From Eledone cirrhosa (lineage: Eukaryota): a DNA stretch of 64,000 bases. Of this stretch, positions 56,390 through 64,000 are shown one piece after another (positions within the stretch are counted from its first letter, which is position 1; each line of letters starts with the position of its first letter). Location: contig OZ024741.1 in the NCBI GenBank assembly GCA_964016885.1, positions 64,046,001 through 64,110,000 of the forward strand, written 5' to 3'. The position numbers were made by a program, and so were the translations under genes. The notes beneath the pieces are model-generated. The model had not been told where the DNA came from and ran no database searches. It saw only the letters and a list, made by a program, of their open reading frames with translations.

Positions 56390-57252
56390 GCTTATAATTT
56401 TGGCATGAGGCCAGCAATTCTGAGGTGGGGGAGTCGATTTTATTGACTTAGTATTTGACTGGTACTTTAATTTATTGACCTGGGAAGCATAAAATAGAAA
56501 GATGACCGTGGCGAGATTTGAACTGAGAACGTAAAGAACCAGAGAGATTCTGCTAAGTATTTATCCAACGCTCTAACGACTCTGCCAATACCATCCCTAA
56601 TAATCTTAGTAATCAGACAATAAGCTGAATTTACGTACTATTTGCGATCCCATATAGAAGACTACGTTTATCTAATCTATACAGATATTACTATGATAAA
56701 ACACAGAATGGCAGTAAACGCTGTACATTTAGAGGTGACTTCCTATCAGCAGCGAATGCAACCATGTTAAGGTGATCTGTTTAATTAATTTCAATTTAGA
56801 TGTGGTTAATGAATTTACTTTGCAATCACAAGGTTAAGTGTATGATCTCACCATTCAATGAAACTTAGAGCAAGTGTGTTATACCATAGCCTCAAATCCA
56901 TCCTCAGCTTGAGAATGAAATTGTGCAGACAGAAATTCTACAAAACCCGTTGGATACAATGTATGGTCACATAACTCTTGATAGAGACGTAGTGGCGCCG
57001 TATTGACATATGGCCTCTCTTGTGCATTTTAATCCTGGCGGAACCCATCCCTCCCCAGGCCTGAGTACAGCAGATTTCTTCCATAGAGAGGAAGAATCTA
57101 CCCCAGTACTACACTGATACTTTTTTATCGAACTCGAAAGGACGAAAGACAAAGATGACCTCAGCGGGATTTGAACTCAGAGAGCAGAAAGCCGGAACGA
57201 ATAACATAAATCATTCTAGCCGACGTCCTAATGACACCACCGATTCGCCGCC
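56390..57252 (-). mobile_element. Two older SINE copies (56390-56590, 57045-57252)
   Basis: Diverged B-box/body matches. Confidence 0.65.
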
Positions 57253-58208
57253 TTTGATACAATGTACGTATTCTTAAATGATAGACTTAATTAATCTGTT
57301 AGTTCAACACTATCGCCTGCTTCTTAGGTGCCATTAGCTAAGTCTAACTTTGTTAAAAGTATTTGAACATAATTCCCCCTCTGAGGGCAATTCTATATCT
57401 TCAGGTGCTTCTTTGAATCAGATGTTTATCTCACAATCATTAGGTTCAATCTCACTGCGTGACATCTTCCGCTTGTGTCATTAATTACCAAAGTCTCGAT
57501 TCGACATATACAATGCGAGAGAAGTAGGATGGACGAAATCTGTTAGGATGATTGTCGGATGGATTGTTCATGTAATTCAAAGGGTCAACCTTGCAACACA
57601 CTGTGTCACGCTGAATCTCACTGAGAACTAAATTAACCGTACACGTGTCTGTGGAATGAACTGCCACATACGCGTTAGTTTTGTTTATTAAACAACTGAG
57701 AAACTTATCATCGAAATCGACGGAGGACCATTTCATTCCCACACAAGTGATATATAATGAAAATTTCGTATTTCCTTTCCTCTCCCAGTCTTGGAGTCTC
57801 CTGAAAAGTGGTGGACGCTGGCATTCCGCCACTGACCAAGCTATAACAAAGAATTGTATGGCTAATTCCATTTGAAGAATGCATAAGATATCACTTACAT
57901 ATTCCTGCACCCCAAACACACTATGGCAATGCCTAGTTAAACTAAACAAATACTTGTCCCATGGGAAGGAACTATTAGTTGCAAGATGTAAACATTGAAC
58001 ATACTCACATGCACCCACACTTTTATCCTTCAATCTTTTACAGATGTCATTTATGGCTGTGTGGCCATGGGGGAATACAGGTTTAATATTTAATCGGGCT
58101 CTAGTACTTGTGTCATGATATTGATCTATATTTGTAGAATTACTATGAAACATAACTAAACAACACTGGTTAACAGACCTATGTCAACCTAAACTTAATC
58201 ATAGTAAG

Positions 58209-58291
<83 letters not shown>

Positions 58292-58295
<4 letters not shown>

Positions 58296-58410
58296 AAGGC
58301 GTGTGGCTGATTGGTTAGAGAACTGGATTCGCAATCGTGGGGTTGTCAGTTCGATTCCTGAGCCGTGCGATATTATGTCCTTGGGCAAGACACTTTATTT
58401 CACGTTGCGC
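58292..58410 (+). mobile_element. tRNA-derived head + CORE-like domain of the second SINE family
   Basis: tggctgattggtt A-box, agttcgattcc B-box, tgtccttgggcaagacactttatttcacgttg. Confidence 0.7.
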
Positions 58411-58662
58411 CTTTTACCTGGAGTTGCGACCAATAGATAGTATTAGCAATCGGAAAGACCAACGGAAACATTGTTTCCTCGGTCCGATTTGACGAACGTC
58501 GATCGACTTTTATTATATATATATACATAAGATTCTTACACACTTTATTATATGTCACAAGCGTTACATAGGATATAAAATCACAAAACTACTCCATAAA
58601 TCCTTAACGAAATGTTAAAAATTCAGAGCAATTACAGCAGCTTGCATTACTATTATAAACTA

Positions 58663-60016
58663 CTAGCAGAATGGCCCGGCGTTGTTCGGGCTTCTAAACA
58701 TAGATTTGCATGTTTATCCCTCCTTTCTGAAACAGTACAGAGAAGTACAGAATGCCCGGGGATGGTGTCTACATTTTGCGCTTATAAAAGAAATTCGTCG
58801 TAGATTACCAGGGGTTTAACTTAATTGGGTGCCTGAGAGTAAAATGTTCAACCCACGAAAGCCAAGACGATAGGGTTAAGTAAAAAGGCATTCGACAAAC
58901 CGAACATGTATTTGTTCTGCTATGGTACTATGAAAGCAATTGTTACAGAGAAGTAAGCGTGTGGGACTGCAGTGGTGGAGAGCATGAAGGAATTTAGTTG
59001 GATACTTTTAAGGTTATAAAATCTACCCAATCTGATAAAGACCGAACTGTTATATCGGATGCCGAACGCTTCGGAGTTACTATTGGGGTCACCATCAACA
59101 ATTTCAAGGGATGTACATTTAAGTAGGGATAATATAGTCTATAAAGAGAGGTAACTCTTTCAAAATACTAAAGAGTTGTCTCTCTTGAACATTGTAGACA
59201 AAATAGCCGAACTGACAAAAAGGGCTTAAAGTTTTAGTGAAAGAAAACGCCTTTAACAACAGAAAATTGAAAGATAAAAGCTGCAGTTAATATCTTTAGA
59301 CCGCAAGGAATATATAAATGAAAGTTTGAAGTCAATCGGAGTAGAAATGTAGTGACCTACATTCCGCGGGCTCACATACATTCTCTGTGCGTGATTTGGC
59401 TCAGTTCAGCCAATCAGCGCCAGTAGAAGAGGATGTATCCCTACGCGCCCTGGGAAAGAAATTTCCCGCGAAGATTTGAAGAATCTCTCTCTTGTACCAG
59501 AAACTTCGAGCCAGCAACACGCATAATGTAACGGTGAGATATTGCACCCTAGCCTCGCTGGCTTAACGGCGCAATGGCACATTCCCTTTTGTAACCTCTT
59601 TTTATCTGTAACTTCAACCATATAAGTTAACAAACATAGTTTGTACTACATCAAAAATAAACATACATTTCATCTCTAATTTCTGCTGTTGAAATCATTA
59701 TTATGTTACTCGTGTCTCAATAACATCTGTAATCCATGCTGCCGGAATTGGCGACCTGACGAAAGGAATATTGTAAATACTTAGATGGTAAATAGATCGA
59801 GGGACCTTCCTTCACGTCTATGTCGACAAGATAATCCAACGAGGATACTATCACTTACCACACTGGCAACTAACGACCATCAATCATCTACCCTGTTAAA
59901 ATGGCGACTTCACAACATTCACTTCAACCCTGCTAAAGAAATATGGATTTATATAGATTTTTCCAAAATTAGGACACACACACACAGACAACTTCAGTTT
60001 TATATATATGTATAGA
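58663..60016 (-). mobile_element. Non-autonomous Helitron, ~1.35 kb
   Basis: Minus strand a|TCtatacatatatataaaa ... cccgaacaacgccggg hairpin ... CTAG|t. Confidence 0.75.
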
Positions 60017-60396
60017 TGATAAATAAACATATTTTTAAAATTACGTATTGAATGAGTGAAATGAATTCTCTATTATATGTAAACATAGAAATGCATATAT
60101 GTATTTACATGTTTATTGAAAACAGAAATATTTTCGCTCATACATTTTTTGCGTGGACACATTAATGATAGTAATTCAAGAGGCACTTTATACAATTCCA
60201 TGCACACTAACAACATATGTGAAAATATATAATACACTTGCATAAGCATATGCATTTATGTGTGACTGTCTCTCTGTCTGTCTCTGTCTTTGACTCTCTG
60301 TCGCTCTCCTCTCTTTCTTTCTTCTATTTCTTTTTCGGCTTACTCTCACTCTCTCTCTCTCTCTCTCTCTGTATATATATATATAATATATACATA

Positions 60397-60497
<101 letters not shown>

Positions 60498-60820
60498 GTA
60501 TGTGTGTGTTTCTGTGTTTGTGTCTCCAAGTACGTATGTATTGTATTTGTATATATGATATAAATATACGCACATCGATACACACACACAAACATGCACA
60601 TATCAATATAAATAGTGGTAGAAAGATGGAGAAATGTATGTATGTATATATGTATGTATATATTTATGTATGTATATGTGTATGTATATATATATATATG
60701 TATGTATGTATGTATATATGTATGTACGTATGTATGTACGTATGTTTGCAAATGCATCGAAGGCACTTAAATACATATATTAATTTAATGGCAGTATTAA
60801 ATTGGTAGATATATTCTTAT

Positions 60821-60886
<66 letters not shown>

Positions 60887-61066
60887 ATAAGAATATTTAT
60901 ATTTATATATGTTTGATACAACTATAAATATGGAGGGTAGTACTAAGTACTAAGAACATCTTTTAATTCCTGACTCTCCACATGTTAACTATGACACTAA
61001 CAACAATTATGTACCCTAAATGTTCTAAATGACTAGGATTTTAGTAGCATGTTTCGACATTCCCTA

Positions 61067-61113
61067 TGCTCCTATGATTCCAGACTTCCCTCTGGAAGAA
61101 ACAATTGTCAGCA
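61067..61113 (+). ncRNA. Hammerhead relic (core CCTATGA) in a solo cassette between (TA)n arrays
   Basis: tgct/agca, ttccaga/tctggaa, GAAA C(AATT)G TC. Confidence 0.65.
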
Positions 61114-61153
61114 AATAAATGTTCTAAACTAAAATTTGATCGTTTTAACACTT

Positions 61154-61223
<70 letters not shown>

Positions 61224-61536
61224 CAGAGAAAGCGGGTGATAGATAAATTGCAAGGAAATAAATACACGTACACAAATATTTATTAGAAGGTGTGGCAGTG
61301 AGTGTGAATCCGTCGCATGCATGAGTGAATAAATTATGTATTACAATAAAATAACCAAATAAAGTGATGATTATATGATCAGCGTGAAAGTCAAGCTTAG
61401 ATATCTTCGATATCCCACTTATAACACTAGTATGCTTCGTGGTCAGTTGTTGTTGAGTTTATTTCTATTTTGTCAACTCTGTTCTGTCAAGTGGTTACTG
61501 TCTTATGGTTTGAGTATATTTGCGACATATATAACA

Positions 61537-61603
<67 letters not shown>

Positions 61604-61689
61604 ATTCAAGAGAGTAAAGACGCAGAGCCCTCATATATTCTCTGTAATTAAGGCATTTGGCCGAAGTTATTTTACTAACTACTTGCAGA

Positions 61690-62480
61690 AACATTGATTT
61701 ATACCCTGTAGGAAAGTCAAAGAGCCGTCTTCCGATTTTTACTTTCATACTAAAATTCCTTAATCTATGACAGATTAATCTTGTCAAATGCAGTCAGTGC
61801 CCATTCCTCCCTCTCGTGAGATTATTGATAAGAATATTATGTTACTGTAATATTTGTGTCAGATAATCTATTCTGTCTCAAAACCATGTTGTGTAACATC
61901 TGAGATGTAGTTTTCTTCAAGGTAGCGAACTATTTGTTTTCGGAAAATACGTTCTACAATTTTTATGTGTAAGTTGTGAGAGAAAAGTGCTTGTCATTTT
62001 TAGCTTCAGCCCTGCTACCTCCTTTGTGTATAGGTGTTACTGTTGCTTCTTTCGGTAGCTCTGGAAATATGCCGGTTTCTTACGACTTTTGAAATACGTA
62101 GCATCTTTAATGAACTGGCGAGTCCGTTTTTGCAGTTTTTTTAACAGTATGGCTTGGAGACCGTCTGATCCCGGTTCTGGGTTTGAATTCAGATCATTAA
62201 TTGCTGCAGCTATATAATCTTCCATAATATCTTTAATTTCTATATGTGTCTCTGCAGTTGAATTCTGTGGATCAACGAATTCGTCTGGATTATACACTAT
62301 TTTGTTAATTAAACGTTGACACAAGGATTCACAAAATTGTGTTGGATTGCTAGTTTACGGTTCATTTTGTTCCATTAGAGGACAAATCTGGTTGTGAGTA
62401 TATTTTTGTTTAGCAAAGTGGAAAAAAGAACTCCGCTGCTCGGCGTTTCTTTTGCAAAATTTCTTTTTCATAAAATGTGT
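61690..62480 (-). mobile_element. Highly decayed CR1/L2-like LINE RT fragment
   Basis: PEPGSDGLQAILLKK, VTPIHKGGSR, QHGF, TAFDKI. Confidence 0.7.
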
Positions 62481-62886
62481 TTATGTCCAGTTCAATTATC
62501 TTTATTTTCAATGATCTTTATTTTAACTCATTAGTATCCGTCTATTTCGAACAAATTCCTGTGGAAATAAGCAGGTTTATATGGGACATGCTTTTGACAG
62601 ATCTTGATTACCTTTGCGTACAGAATCGTTATTCCCTCGCTAAAGCTGAGGTTGCCAATACCAGCGAAACCAGTCATAGACTTGATTGATGGTGAGAGCT
62701 AGAATGTGTGTTGTTTATTTCTTTTACCAGACACACATGCACGTTCATATATCTATGTGTACATATACATATGTACATGTATATTAGTGTGGATATGTAT
62801 ATATATATATATTTATTTAATGTATATATATTCATGTGTGGGGGGGGGGGGTACATATACATATTTATTTATTATGGCTAAGTGGT

Positions 62887-62943
62887 GAGCCTTGTTACTC
62901 TGGAGTTTTATCTTTGCACTCACAGTATCATCAGATAAGACTC
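62887..62943 (-). ncRNA. Decayed hammerhead (GAAA to AAAA)
   Basis: gagtcttat CTGATGA ... aaaa ctc(ca)gag TA acaaggctc. Confidence 0.55.
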
Positions 62944-63486
62944 AATAACAGAGACAAGATACATTATAATTAGAAGAAGACTCAAGGGAATAAGTGTTTT
63001 TGAATGGATGTGTAAGGAAGAAAAGACGGGAATTATGAAAAGAGAAATGTGAAGAAAAAGGAAATAAAGACAGAACTAAGAGAAATGAGGAGGGCATGGA
63101 TATTGTGTATGCAATGATGATGATGATGAGGTTGATGATAGAAATTAGTAAGATTTACAAAAGGGTCTAGTTTCAGGTGATAAGGATAATGAATGGAATA
63201 TAAGTTGGTGGAGAGAATAAAATGATTACTGAAAAATATCATTACTTGAGAAAACAGTGGGTGTGGTATGTAGATGATGATGATGATGATGATGATGATA
63301 GAGCTGCAGTAGGAATTAATAAAGAAACAATAGAATGCTAATGCAATTTTTATTGTGGTAGAAGATGGAGTGAATCAAATGAAACGGTTCAGTAGATTTC
63401 TGCTTGTGGGAGGGTGCTGGTGGTGATGATGATGGTGGTGAAAATAACTTTGATGTGTAGGTGCGTGTATAAAGTATTTAGTAGAT

Positions 63487-63666
63487 AATTGTTTCTACTT
63501 TTGGCACAAGACCAGCAATTACCCAGTGTATTACTGGTACTTTATTTTATCGACCCCGTAAGGATGAAAGGCAAAGTTAACCTCGGCGGGATTTGAACTC
63601 AGAATGGCAAGGGCCATAACTCAATGCGTCAAAGCATGGTGTCCGACCCTCTACCGATACTGCCAA
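63487..63666 (-). mobile_element. tRNA-derived SINE, short-tail subfamily
   Basis: Near-consensus. Confidence 0.9.
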
Positions 63667-64000
63667 GTTTTACATTTGTAAACAGTGGGGAATGAGGATG
63701 ATAATGATGTAGAGGATATAAAATAAAGAAGAGAAAAGAGGGTGTGGAAAGAAAAGACGAAAAGACAAAAAGAAGTAAGAAGTAAAAGAAAGAACAGAAA
63801 AAGAAAAAGAAATCAAAATTGGCATAATATATACGGTGATAGTGATGATGATGAAGAAAGGTAGTGAAATTAGTGACATAAGCAAAAGGGGTAGTTTGGG
63901 TCATGATGAATAGAAAACAAATATGTGGGTAGATGAGTATCTGTCAATTGGTGGAGGTGGATAATTGAATTACTTGAGAAGACAAAGGGTATGGTGTATG

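Noticed and set aside
57485-58153. 222-aa minus-strand ORF
   Set aside because: Overlaps decayed SINE body sequence; no recognisable domain.

Overview
This is AT-rich, microsatellite-saturated animal DNA, probably intronic or intergenic. The SINE and microsatellite repertoire resembles a coleoid cephalopod such as Octopus (inference). No intact host ORF is present; almost all long ORFs in the track are microsatellite artefacts. Recognisable mobile DNA includes four Penelope-like retroelement (PLE) coding fragments, a full-length decayed Tigger/pogo transposon, a mariner relic, RTE, CRE and CR1-like LINE fragments, two non-autonomous Helitrons, a small MITE family, many tRNA-derived SINEs and a 6.6 kb ACC/AAC minisatellite. 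The main hidden signal is about 21 type I hammerhead ribozyme (HHR) motifs from about 14 unrelated sequence families, all folded by eye. Most sit in short non-coding cassettes flanked by (TA)n, many arranged as long fold-back palindromes or direct-repeat units (non-autonomous PLE / retrozyme-like). Several carry non-canonical cores: a U3-A8 covariant, a recurrent C3-C4 core, and a 4-nt GAAC helix-III cap. Other points of interest are a candidate 18-nt frame-preserving micro-exon (6288-6305), an A-to-G-biased retro-copy suggestive of ADAR editing, and a templated inverted insertion inside a SINE. Coordinates were counted manually and may be off by a few bases.
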